A stretch of 61,330 nucleotides of DNA, counting the filler, from Platydemus manokwari (taxonomy: Eukaryota), in assembly GCA_037951405.1 (NCBI GenBank). It is 6 parts of 6 records of this genome, joined end to end, with 100 filler letters (N's around TTAATTAATTAA, not from the genome) between each part and the next. Parts side by side here need not be neighbours in the genome. Positions count along the whole stretch, not along the records: positions 1 to 8,712 come from JBBMOY011361871.1; positions 8,813 to 22,067 come from JBBMOY011779172.1; 4 more parts are not named here. The stretch is one strand, 5' to 3'. The notes under the pieces were generated by a model. That model saw only the letters and a list, made by a program, of their open reading frames with translations, made no database searches and had not been told where the DNA came from. Below, in pieces: positions 1 through 11,310 of the stretch. Position 1 is the stretch's first letter. Each line of letters begins with the position of its first letter. The position numbers and the translations under genes were made by a program.

Positions 1-511
1 TATTTCGCTGTATCTCGTCAGGTGCAGATTACATATTTCAAATTTCTTTGAAGCGCCTGAATGAAACTCTTTCCCCCACTGTAGTCTTAACTTTGTATTT
101 AGCTCCGTTTGCTTCCTCAGGAAATACCTCTCTATGGCAATGGCTGACGTCTCAGCGAACTACAAGACGCGTGGATTTCGATGTATGTAAGACAAACTGT
201 AAACGACCTGTCTACCAAATGACCTGTCGTTAATCAAATCTTCTGCTTCCGAAAATGAAAATTATAAGCCACGCGGTTAGACTAGATTTACGCGTCCCAA
301 ACTTAACGAGGCCGCACGACTTATATCAACACATCGTTTCTGTAATATTTTATTCTCACAAAATAAACATATTAATGAATAAGAAACAATTAATTATATA
401 ATGCAAAATCATTATACTTGTATGTTAGTAACTTCCAACCTTAGCATAATATATTTTATATTTCACTAATGTGGCTTAAATGAAATGTTTCATGAAATAC
501 ATTGTCAACAG

Positions 512-3500
512 GACGGTGATTTAAGCGACTTTGTCCTTGCTAAACATATCGGTCTTGCTACGATTTATCAATATTTTCTGAAACCGTCATTACTACAGAA
601 TAACTCAATGAGAAGCAGGTATATTCATTTCAGAATTCTTCGGTTGACATTGATTACTACATCACCAATATTGCAGATCGATTGATGGTATTAACAATGT
701 GGGAAATCAATCCAAAATGCTCCCCATCGCTGACATATTTAAAGTGACGGTATTTTGTTCTGCATATCATCAGAAAATCTTTTCCAGTTTACGAAAAAAG
801 CCCAAGGTAAAATTTATATTTTATTACATCATTATATTTTATGATATTATTTCTTGTAGTCTGTCAACGGTCATTCATTGATCGATGCAGTATGTTGTCA
901 ACCGGAAGAATGTTCAGTTTGCGACAATATACTCTGGGGACCATCTCCACAGGGCTTGTTTTGTACAAGTGAATATTATTTCACTGATCGTTATCATTTG
1001 ATTTCATTGATTTCACAGTGTGCCAGAATTATTTTCACACCAATTGCAAAAAGAAGATTAAAACCTCTTGTACAAGAAAATCACGGAGATCAGTTGCGAC
1101 ACCGGGTCCAAAAGATGGTTTGTTTGGATTTGTAGAGTTTGAATACGGATTTAAAATTCCTTGAACAATGATTTGTTTTATTGATTGGATTTTCGGTCAT
1201 TAATTTAAAATCGATCTCGAGATTGATCATGTTAAAATCGGATAATTTTATTCGGTAGGCTTAAACACCGAAAAAGTTATCAAAAATAATATTTTATAAA
1301 GAGGTTACCAGAAAATTTACCAAAGATATTTTAAGAAAGTAAAGAAAGATTTCCAATTAGATGAATGGAAATGGAAATATTTCGACAGATATTCTCAAAT
1401 GGAATTGTAATAAAGTATTGATAAATATAATCAGAAGTTTATATCACAAACGTATGGTTGCATCAAGTCATTGATGGTTATTATGCCATAGAATTTGTAA
1501 TGCGCGCATGTGTGTGCGGTTATCTTGTTGTTGAGAATATGATTTTAAAGCTTGTCAATGTTAACCGGTATGTTATTAGATGATGATTTCAGTAAAATGA
1601 GATTAAATATTTTACACTTTAATTATATTGATCTTATCTCTGAAATATTTATCGAAATTTTCCTGAAACAAACGATATCCATCGTTTTATTTGATTTTAT
1701 ATTTTTTCTAAACATAAAATTGGTTCTGAAATTGGTTATGCAATGAACTGGGTGTTTAGAATTTGTGGAAGGAAATAAAATCAATTTATCGATTTTTTCT
1801 CAAAACCGAGAAGGTTTGATCGAATTCCATTTGTAAAATTAAGGGACAGAATTTGTCATGGATCATTTGAAGAAATGTTCGGCATGAAATCATCAACCGA
1901 TAATTATTTCATGATAAACTGAATGGAAAAATAACGTATTTTAAATGGGGATGAGTATGCATATATATGATCAAGTTTGATGTTGTGGGATAAATAAATG
2001 GCGTTTATATTGTTGCTGGATCAATAGGTTTTCAGCCATATAAACTGGAATATTGAAGCCGTTCCGATTCAACATTAAAGAGTTTCTATTTTATTGGAGT
2101 TTAAATTTAATTTTGAAATCGTAGTATAAGTGTATGGGAAATTTAATCAATAAATTTTATTTGGTTCAACAATAACTATCGATGAACAGCAGTAAAATAA
2201 GGCAATTACATTTGTGGAGATTTTATGACTTTCGTATCGGAAGCTCGGGTTTTTATCACAAATTTTGTAAAATTTATTTCATTATATTATAAGGTGTAGT
2301 GACACTGACAAAATAATTGAAACAGTACCAAGAATCACACTTACAGGTAGGTTAGAGAGTGACAAATTTCGGAAATAAATTTCAAGTGGAATTTAATAGG
2401 TTTTAAAAAATACCATTTCCAACAAGTAGTTCACTGATATACCAATTTCATATCATTTTTAAAATCAAAAAATATAAGATAGGACCTCGATCCTATCATT
2501 AAACAATTCGATCTTAGGTGGATTGGAATTCTATTCATTCATTCCATTTCCATTCACTTTGATGAAGGAACTTGGCCGATAATATTCTTTGTAGTTGGGT
2601 TTTGGTTTCAGTTCGACATATCCGTCACATTTAGAAAGGTGTAACCATAGTAATATTATTTAAGTAGGACATAATGACCTTGTTCTACAGTATTTAACTT
2701 TGAGCCATTCAGTTATGAACTCTTTCCTCAAAACGTATCATTTACGTGTTTTTTAAAATTGAATGTATTGAAACGGAAAATCGGAATCGGATTGAATGTG
2801 AATGAAAGGAACAATATTTGATATGACATTAATTCATATTATTTACAGATGATCGACGATTTCTGCTGGTTTGTTGACAAGAAACAAAAATGATATTTTT
2901 CTCATTCATTTATAATGACCGATATATTTACAAAATAAACAATGTTGCTCGCATATATCGATCAAAAACTACTGATAAATATAAAGTTTAATTTCTGTGA
3001 ATAAATGATCATATCATCATTGTAGCAGTTTCTAACAGCTTGATTGTTGTTTGTGTCATAAAATGAGAAAATTTCTTTTTTTATAAAGTCGGCTAACAGT
3101 CGTCTTTAAGCTAGATTTCAAGACAAATTTGCCATATTATTAAAATGTGTATTGTAGTCGTTGAGAACAAAATATTGATGTATAGATATATCATTGGAAT
3201 ATTTATTGTTTTAATGAAAGAATATTATCGATTATACAAGCTTCTTTAATGTGGATATGATTTCTAAAAATCAATTTGATATGATAATAGAATAATATTT
3301 TAGTTCCAGACAAGCCTTCGACATCATTCCTTGGGCGGTTAAGCAGAAAATCGAGTACCTCATCCGTTAAAAATAACACCAATCAACCGGGTTTTGAAAA
3401 TATGTCCAACATAGGAAATGTGAATTACAATAACAATTCACTAATACCGGATGACAGATCAAGTACGGTTATGATTTCATATAGATATCATTGAAAAAAA

Positions 3501-6500
3501 ACATTCTTATCACTTTAAATTTACAATCGCTTCCATGGTTTGTTGTGTTATTTATTTTCATGTAACGATGGTAATAAGCGTTGAAATACTTGAGACTCGA
3601 ACTTCGATAATATTTATATAATTAGGCATTCGTTTATTTCATTATCAGATATTAATAGGATTATTTGTTTTTGTTACTGTCACGTTTATAAATGAAAATA
3701 AATTTCGTGATGCACCTCAGTAATTTTCGTTTGGCTTCAATTCATTCAGTGGTCATAGTATAGATACATCAATATTATCGATATCGTAAAGTAATTCAAG
3801 TTCACTGTATTATCATCGATTGGTACAAATAATTATTGAGTTATGGTCGATAATAATTACATTGTAGTTGAATTCAAGGTCATTGTTAAAATTTTTTAGT
3901 GAGTGTTAATATAGTAGATTATATATATATATATATATATAACATATGACTCCTGATAAACGCTATTTTCGGTTGAATACCACATTTGAAAATAAAAAAT
4001 TTCGATAAAAAGTGTACTGACAAAATGTGGAATTCAATCCTCAGTGGCTATTGTATCGAAATAATAATTTTTCTCACCGGTAGTAATAATACATTGATTT
4101 TACTTTTATTTCCAGTCATTCAGGACTTTTAGTAAATAATAGATGACCGAAAAATTTGTTCAAAAGTCAATTGACTTGTTAAATCAAACGTATCTTGAGC
4201 TTTATCTTTGATCAATTTATTTTTATTGATTAAATAAATTTTTCTCTCAATTAATTATCTGATTTAAAAATTAGGAGTGTGGGAATTTTAAAATTTGAGC
4301 TTAAATAATTTTATAAATTAATATCAAAACATATAATTCTATCGTGTCTTTTCAGTTAGTTTACCAATGATGACCTACATGATGACCACGCATTTGAATT
4401 CGATGCTGAGAATGCTTATTTTATGGAAGTATAGCAAAAAGGAAGAAAATATAGAGAAATATATAAATAAAATATAGATAAGACATAGGAAAATATAAAG
4501 AAAATACAAAGTAAAGAGAAGAAGTAGGAAATTTAATTTAGATAAATATTTAGAGAATTCGATACAAAGATAATTAATGTAGAAAATGTAGAAAATCAAA
4601 GACTTTTAAAGAAAGAGATGTGAGAATTTTAAAATTTAAATTTAAATTTTTTTATAAATTAAAATGAAAATATCTTAATTTGTTTAAATCGTTGTAGTTA
4701 AATATGTAATTGTGACGTACCTTCTAGCTAGTTTCTATACGTTATTTATTAAATAACTGCGGCTTACAAGGGGATGGATTAAATTCGCAGAAATACTGTC
4801 TATTGATTGATCACCGTTTCGAAACAGAAATGCCCATTTTAATGTTTTTTCTTTCTATCTCTCCATTGTTCTATCTTTTAATTTTTGGAAAGAAAATTTG
4901 CCTAAATTTCAAAGCTTAGGTTTATTCCATCTGTGTAAGAATCATGTTTGTGAATGTATATTTACAATATCTTAATTGTTTTATCGAAATTCCATATTTA
5001 TGTGCAGCAGATAATATATATTTGATCCCAATATTTATATTTTCGGAAAACATTTTCAATCAAACAATAATATTTCGATTAAAACAATAAATTGTTTTCT
5101 AATTCAAGAATATTTAAATTATTATACGTTTTGTAACTCATCATAAAAGTGAATAGCATATGCAAGCTGCTACTATTTAATAAAACACTCATCGACAACG
5201 AATTGAAAAGTCACAGCACCAAATTATAAATTTTCTACAAAATTAAATATTTAAAATTTTTTAATCCAATTTAAGATACTCACAGCATATAAAGTATTAT
5301 TAGTATTATTATTATTATTATTATTTTCTGATTATAAAATTGAAATCTTCAGGAAATTCTCGAATCTGAGACATATTATTGAAAAATTAAAAGCATAAAT
5401 AAACACTTTTAGATTCAGAAAAGGAAATTTAGTTAGTCTGTGAAAATCTTTCTACAAGTTGTTTGTTATTTTGTATTACAATTTCGCCCTTAATTATAAT
5501 TTTGAATAACAATTATAATGAAACTGTTAAATACAGGAAATGTCAATGTCGTTGCATATTAAAGATGATTGAATTTGTTTGACCATAGCAAGAATTTTTA
5601 ATCTAAATAATGGATATGCTTACCAACAGGCCTTTGGAAACTAATAAATTTTGTATTCCCTCAGTTTTATTTATAGATCAAATCATTCCTTAAGCATGAT
5701 CTTCAATCTATCAATATTACATGGACACACATATTGCATTACCATGACAATAAATTTTATTCCATTATTCGGTTTTTTAATCATTAATTTGGCACAATTA
5801 GATATAAATATTATGTGTCATATGGTAAATCTAAAACACTACACACTCAGTAACCGTTGGCAAATGTAATCCAAATATTACTATCGATTCATATATGAAT
5901 AGCCGTAACATCATATTTATCAAATTTGGCTTTTGTCTCATACAATCAATCATATAAATACATCAATGATTTTGTTAATCATTTGACATAATTACAATTC
6001 AATGATAATGCTTGTAATGTTTTTTGTAGCATTTTTACATTGATAAATCATAATATGAATATCTTCTCGATATCTGATCATCTAACATTTTTATAGACAA
6101 ACTCGATTCAAACTTAAAAGCAATGGATTGCATTGAAAACAAAATTCCATGAAAGCTATTCTACATGTTTTGTTATGGAATTTGATTAAATATTCTGATT
6201 TATTTTCAAAAAATTCAAATTTAAAAATATTATCGATAATTTAATTTTTATATATTTTTCATTTCAAGTCGAAATTATATGGGAAAATATAAATTAGTAT
6301 TTGTAATATCATTTATATAATGTTTCTTTTAAAAAGTACACCCGTGTGGTTATAGAATTGAATTGTGAGTTTATTTCGGTGGGGTTTCAAATGATTTCAC
6401 TGCATTTATCCTTATATTTGAAGATTATTTTAACCGTAAACATGTATTGTTAATCCTATATTTATTTATTCCTTTAGCCATTCCAATTATTTTCTAAATA

Positions 6501-8457
6501 ATTTCTTATTATTAATGATTTGAAGTTATAATCAAAATTTATTATCTCTTATTTATTGTTTTTAACAAAATATTTAATTATATTATATATCGAATATTGT
6601 TATAAAGATATTATGTTGGCCGGGTGATTTGGCTAATATTCAATTTAAATTTCATATGTTGATAAATCTAGGAAAATATCGTCGTAGAAACACAGTATTG
6701 GTATCGAAATTTTCTCAAGGTTATTTATATATAGTGAGACTGGTTTATTGCATGTTAATGGTGCATGAGATTTTTGGGTTTTGAAATTGATATTTCTGCG
6801 ATACAACGGATTATTTTTATTACGCTTGTTTTGTTTTATAATGAATTGCATTGAGCAATAGTTGTTTCATTTTATCGTTTTATCTATTCTTCAAATAATC
6901 AAACAAAAGGCAGAGTTGAATTTACTAACCGGATGAACACAATTAATGGAAACAATCGATTCTTATTTTCATAATTTTTTATCAGAAAGTTATTTTGCTC
7001 GACCATGCATTACGATGGACTTTATGGAAATGGGAAAATGATCACTTAGGCTGTTTCGAAAGATAAGGAATTAAAAGTCGAACTTGATATATCATTCTCA
7101 CGATTTGACTCACATTGGAACTTCATTTTAAAATCATTTGAATATTAGAATCACATAAATAATATTGTTGGATCCTCACTCAAATAATTAACTAAGCTCT
7201 GACTCAAAATAGAAGGCCAATATTGTATTTCGATCGTGTACTGTTCAGTACAACTTACACGTAACAGATTTCATACGCTCTACAAAATATTAACCAAAAA
7301 ATTGGCTTCCATTGACAGTTGGTCATCTTTACATCAATATTTATATTCGAGATCTGTGTGTCATATTGTATCACATTTTGATTCGATCTTTGCTTTTCCA
7401 TGTTCCTATTGGGTTTTTAAGTTTTTGTATGTGTGAGATTGGTCAATCACTATGTGTGTGTTGGCTATGTTCCTTTTTCCAATTTTCGTTTACCATCTAA
7501 CTTCACTGTTATTGATTGGTTGCTATACCTGTAGGAATGCAAATGTTTAAAGCGCTTAAAAAGGGGTCCAAGGAACAAGTCTATTTTTCTTTTTGCAGAA
7601 TTTTACCTCACTCAGTAATATAATACAATTCTGTGGTATGACGTACGTTAGCAGAAGATATCAACTAATAAAATTATACAGAAAATCATACAGTAATGGA
7701 ATAATTAAGATATTTATACAGTCTTGCTTTGTGCTCGTCATTATTAATTAAGCTTTATTTATTCTCAAAGTTCCCATGTGTGGAAATCACTTGTTTTAGA
7801 TTAAAATAGGTGAATTCAGATTAATTAATACAATATTTTTATTATATTTTTGTATTAATTGATGGTAATTAATGTTATAAACATGCTTTACAGATACGAA
7901 CATCGCTGAAGATAAAATCGGAGTTTTTAAGGCGAAAAGGTAAAGAAAAGGAGATATATTGCTTTGAAAACATATTGATGATAATTCAGTGAAGACCAAT
8001 TGCACAGAATGATCAATAATCCTGATCGATTTGGATCATTTCATGACGTATCTACATTGAATCATAACCCGTCATTTGATGGTGGTATATTTTTCAATGA
8101 CTCAGGACTGGTTCAGATTCAAGAATTGGTACAAGACGAAAGTATTAACGATCCCGATATGAAAGTCAATGAGACTTTCGATGCGGAGATAGAAATCCAG
8201 GCCACGTTTCCAAATATTCAACCGGAAGTATGGAATATTTTTGAAAATTTACAAACGATATCGAACGTTTTCACAATTGTTTTAGACTGACAAGAAAAGA
8301 TTGATCGTTCTTCTTGAATTCTATCATAAGACCAGATATATTTTGATGAATCTGAAGCGATTTTACTATAAACTGGTGTTGAAATGGCCTGAGTCCATGA
8401 ATATATATTCCAAAGCCCTGTCTCTGGACTGTATTCAACCATTTGCGAACTTAATAA
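512..8457 (+). CDS. Partial multi-exon RhoGEF gene, RhoGEF2/ARHGEF11-12-like (possible end of RGS-like region, C1 domain, linker, start of DH domain); 5' and 3' ends not in this contig
   Basis: Hand-spliced GT-AG exons in consistent phase: 512-618, 677-806, 860-968, 1019-1117, 3304-3462, 4116-4131, 7990-8227, 8286-8457. Short introns are 58, 53, 50 and 58 nt. The product has a perfectly spaced C1 zinc finger and then KKRLIVLLEFYHKTRYILMNLK, which matches the DH helix-1 spacing of KRQEVINELFYTERAHVRTLK. C1 (ILWGPSPQG) followed by DH is the architecture of invertebrate RhoGEF2. The two middle exons are less certain. Confidence 0.7.
860..1117 (+). CDS. C1 (PKC-type DAG/phorbol-ester) zinc-finger domain exons of the RhoGEF gene
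   Basis: Removing intron 969-1018 (gtgaat...tcacag) gives HSLIDAVCCQPEECSVCDNILWGPSPQGLFCTMCQNYFHTNCKKKIKTSC, which is H-x12-C-x2-C-x13-C-x2-C-x4-H-x2-C-x7-C, the canonical C1 spacing. Confidence 0.9.
4263..4720. repeat. Diverged ~115-bp direct repeat pair (about 4263-4378 and 4604-4720) around a purine-rich spacer, within a RhoGEF intron
   Basis: tgtgggaattttaaaatttgagcttaaataattttataaattaa...tgatgacctac vs tgtgagaattttaaaatttaaatttaaattttt...ataaattaa...tgtgacgtac. Confidence 0.6.
7370..7625 (+). repeat. Dispersed repeat family B, copy 1 (possible LTR fragment)
   Basis: Aligns by eye with 41340-41570: ggtttttaagttttt...gtgagattggtcaatc...gctatg(t/c)tcctttttccaatt...ttttgcag(a/g)attt...ctcactca. 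Confidence 0.75.
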
Positions 8458-8677
8458 GTAAATTTAATATTGATATTCTAATTTGTGTTATCATTTGAGA
8501 TGAATCATATTTTATTCCAAATTATTATATGATAAAGCTTTTATTGGGATTTCTATGGATTTTTCAGTCATATTTCATCAGCAGCTAATTTTAATCGTTA
8601 AAATTGCTCACAAAATCTCACAACTATCACTAAAGAAATTTTTATAACGTGAGTTTATTAAAAATATTACATACAAA

Positions 8678-8712
<35 letters not shown>
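8678..8712. repeat. (CT)n microsatellite at contig end
   Basis: Direct reading. Confidence 0.95.
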
Positions 8713-8812
8713 NNNNNNNNNNNNNNNNNNNNNNNNNNNNNNNNNNNNNNNNNNNNTTAATTAATTAANNNNNNNNNNNNNNNNNNNNNNNNNNNNNNNN
8801 NNNNNNNNNNNN
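8713..8812. other. Artificial contig spacer N44-TTAATTAATTAA-N44
   Basis: Exactly 100 nt and identical at five positions; the core gives stops in all six frames. Confidence 0.97.
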
Positions 8813-11310
8813 TCTTGGATTCTCTCTTGAGGATTTTCCACTCTTTCCGACAGCTTTATCAAAACAATTAACAATCTCCCACTTAAAAATGAAAATATTC
8901 AAACTTAATTACTAAGCAGTCCAGTCATTGGGGCTTTTCTTTGCACCAAGATTCAAATACGAAACATCATATATTTATCAAACCACAACCTTCTTTGGTC
9001 ATCTTGAAACAGAACTTAGAAATATTTCCAATCAAAGACTTCGCTTATTGGATAATTGGTTTTTGGCTTATACGTTGGAACTTTTACTATATTTAGCTCA
9101 GAAAAATCCTAATCGTTTTGTGTTCACCCAGTTGCCTTCTTTCTCTAAAATGACAAGAAAAACTTTGCATCATAATAGACCACCTTTTCCAAGATTAAAT
9201 TGTTGTCGAACACACTTACACCAATCCACAATCAGAAACTTGCTCAAGTAGATTAGTGATATGAACTGTGATCTTTTTATAACTAAATACGTCATCGGCT
9301 ATTATGTACAATTTCCAATCTTTCACCCCTCTCTACTATCTGATCTTCAACATGAAATAAATAAAACTATATCTAATATTATTTTTTTCAAAAAAGCCAA
9401 CTCAAAGGACACAAATCCTTGCTCTACTTATTCTGCCCGTTTACCGTTGTTTGAAATCATTGAAAAATTGAAACTCCTATTTACTAAAATATCCATTCTT
9501 GCACTTAAAACCACTCGATTTATCAGCAAAACTTAAACTTTCAGTTCTTCATTTCACCAATAAGTCATCGCCCAACTTCAAACTCCGCCAATAATAAACT
9601 CACCACCGTCAGAAAACCATTTGTATATTTCTAATAGTCCTTTATCCCGCTCTATCTCCATCTATCGATTAGATTACTTTACATTGCACCAATACCTGTT
9701 CTGCTCATGGACTTCGTTCCCTCCCTGCCTCGAGAAATTTCAACTTGAAATTGATCACTATCGAAGAAATCAGAATTTAACTTCTTGAAACTCTTCAATT
9801 CAACCACTTAATTACTATTTCTTACTAATTACCAAAATTGTAACGAGACAGTTGATTGAATTCCAACAAAAACAATCTTCTTTGAAACTAATCACCCTTA
9901 CCAACACATCTAACCAAATATTTTTCAACTTCTGGAACTTCTGTTTGCTCAATTATATTTTGTTTATATCCTTTCTATAAGTTATAATCAACTAATAAAA
10001 TCTTTTTATCTCGATTCAAAAACTCGCTTTTGCCCCAAGGACCTACAAACATCAGTTTCATCTTGGAATCAACAGACCTTCCTCATGTCCATGATACTTT
10101 TCTGCGTCTTCATTTATTTCTTTTGCGCCTCGTCCGCCCTTCTCCCAGACCACAGGGCACACATGGAAAACCATTCTGCATACTTACTAACACTAACGAC
10201 ATTATTATTATTGGCAACTCTGGTGACATCTCGAACTTTAGTTTAACCATCTTACACACTATGCAACTGAGCTTCATTTAAAATTCAATGTCCAAAAAAC
10301 CCACTCAAACGCATAGATTTTTCCATTACCAATGAATCTGTTTCGATGGTTCCAACTTTTACAAATATCATGAAGTCACATTTGATGAACTAAAACTAGC
10401 CTCAATCTCAGATATTCTAGAATCCATAACCTCTGAATTAGACGAAATATCCAAATACTGTCTGTACCCGTCACATAAATTGCATCTCCAAATTCAGGAA
10501 ATCAAAACAACCATTGTTTATTCATGTACACTCTTTTCCATAAGGTGTATTCTGAAGCACAAGTCTTTGACAAAAACATTATAACAATGTTCATTTGGAT
10601 TCCCCACACAAGTGGCTCAAAATTCACTTCTAGTAGCCACCACATATGCCTTCTAAAAATCTGCTACATATTTATCGACAACTAGATTTAATCAATTAAT
10701 TATAAATAAAAATAAAATTCAAATAAACCCAATTACCCACCATCATGAAATTTCAAAAAATGAAGAATTCAAACGTTCAAAGATCTACAAATTGATAAAT
10801 AAAAATAAATAAACTCAAATAGATTACTAAACCTAAAAATGTAAACTTACTAATTACACAATCAATTTCCCCATATTATCTAACATTAACTAAATCATCA
10901 CAATCATCAGCAACCATTATGTTTAAGCTTACTTGAATGAGATAATTTATTTTTATAGAACCTCACAACCAGTCCTATAATGTCATGCCGTTGTCGACAC
11001 TTCTATTTATCAAATCCATCTGAATTACGAATGATACTAATTTTCTAGACTGTTCGAGCGATTATACCCCCATGACTCTGTGACTCGCAACCAGTTCAAC
11101 AAATTTATCCACCAATCCATCAACTCATTAATTTCACCAAAACTTCCAACAATTCCAATTACTTAAATTGTCTCAAAAGAATTTGGAAGATATAAATTGC
11201 TTCTAAAAAAGAGATATATCTAATAACCGAAAGTTTCATAAATTTAAGTCGATCTTCCTTTCGGCTTGTGAAGATGTCATTTCGATGCTAGATAAATATT
11301 ATTATTATTT
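8813..11310 (+). mobile_element. Decayed non-LTR retrotransposon (LINE) RT and 3' region
   Basis: A/C-rich strand bias. Degenerate RT motifs lie in the right order at about 10180-10400, across frameshifts: ILTNTNDIIII (~LxYADDIVI), LHLKFNVQKT (~GLxxNxxKT), YKYHEVTF (~YKYLGVxF). There is a possible eroded CCHC knuckle near 10980-11035 and a (TAT)n tail at about 11297-11310. Confidence 0.6.

Noticed and set aside
1-335. GC-richer segment with a Tc1-TIR-like word (tacagtgggggaaa, minus strand) and ORF 48-233
   Set aside because: No partner TIR or transposase motif; probably a TE fragment but not classifiable.
2849-2868. Possible 20-nt microexon (ttacag|ATGATCGACGATTTCTGCTG|gtttgt) in the RhoGEF gene
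   Set aside because: Including it breaks the frame between exons 1019-1117 and 3304-3462, which already join in phase.
8757-8768. TTAATTAATTAA palindrome recurring five times as a possible regulatory or recombination site
   Set aside because: Always centred between two runs of 44 Ns, so it is an assembly linker.
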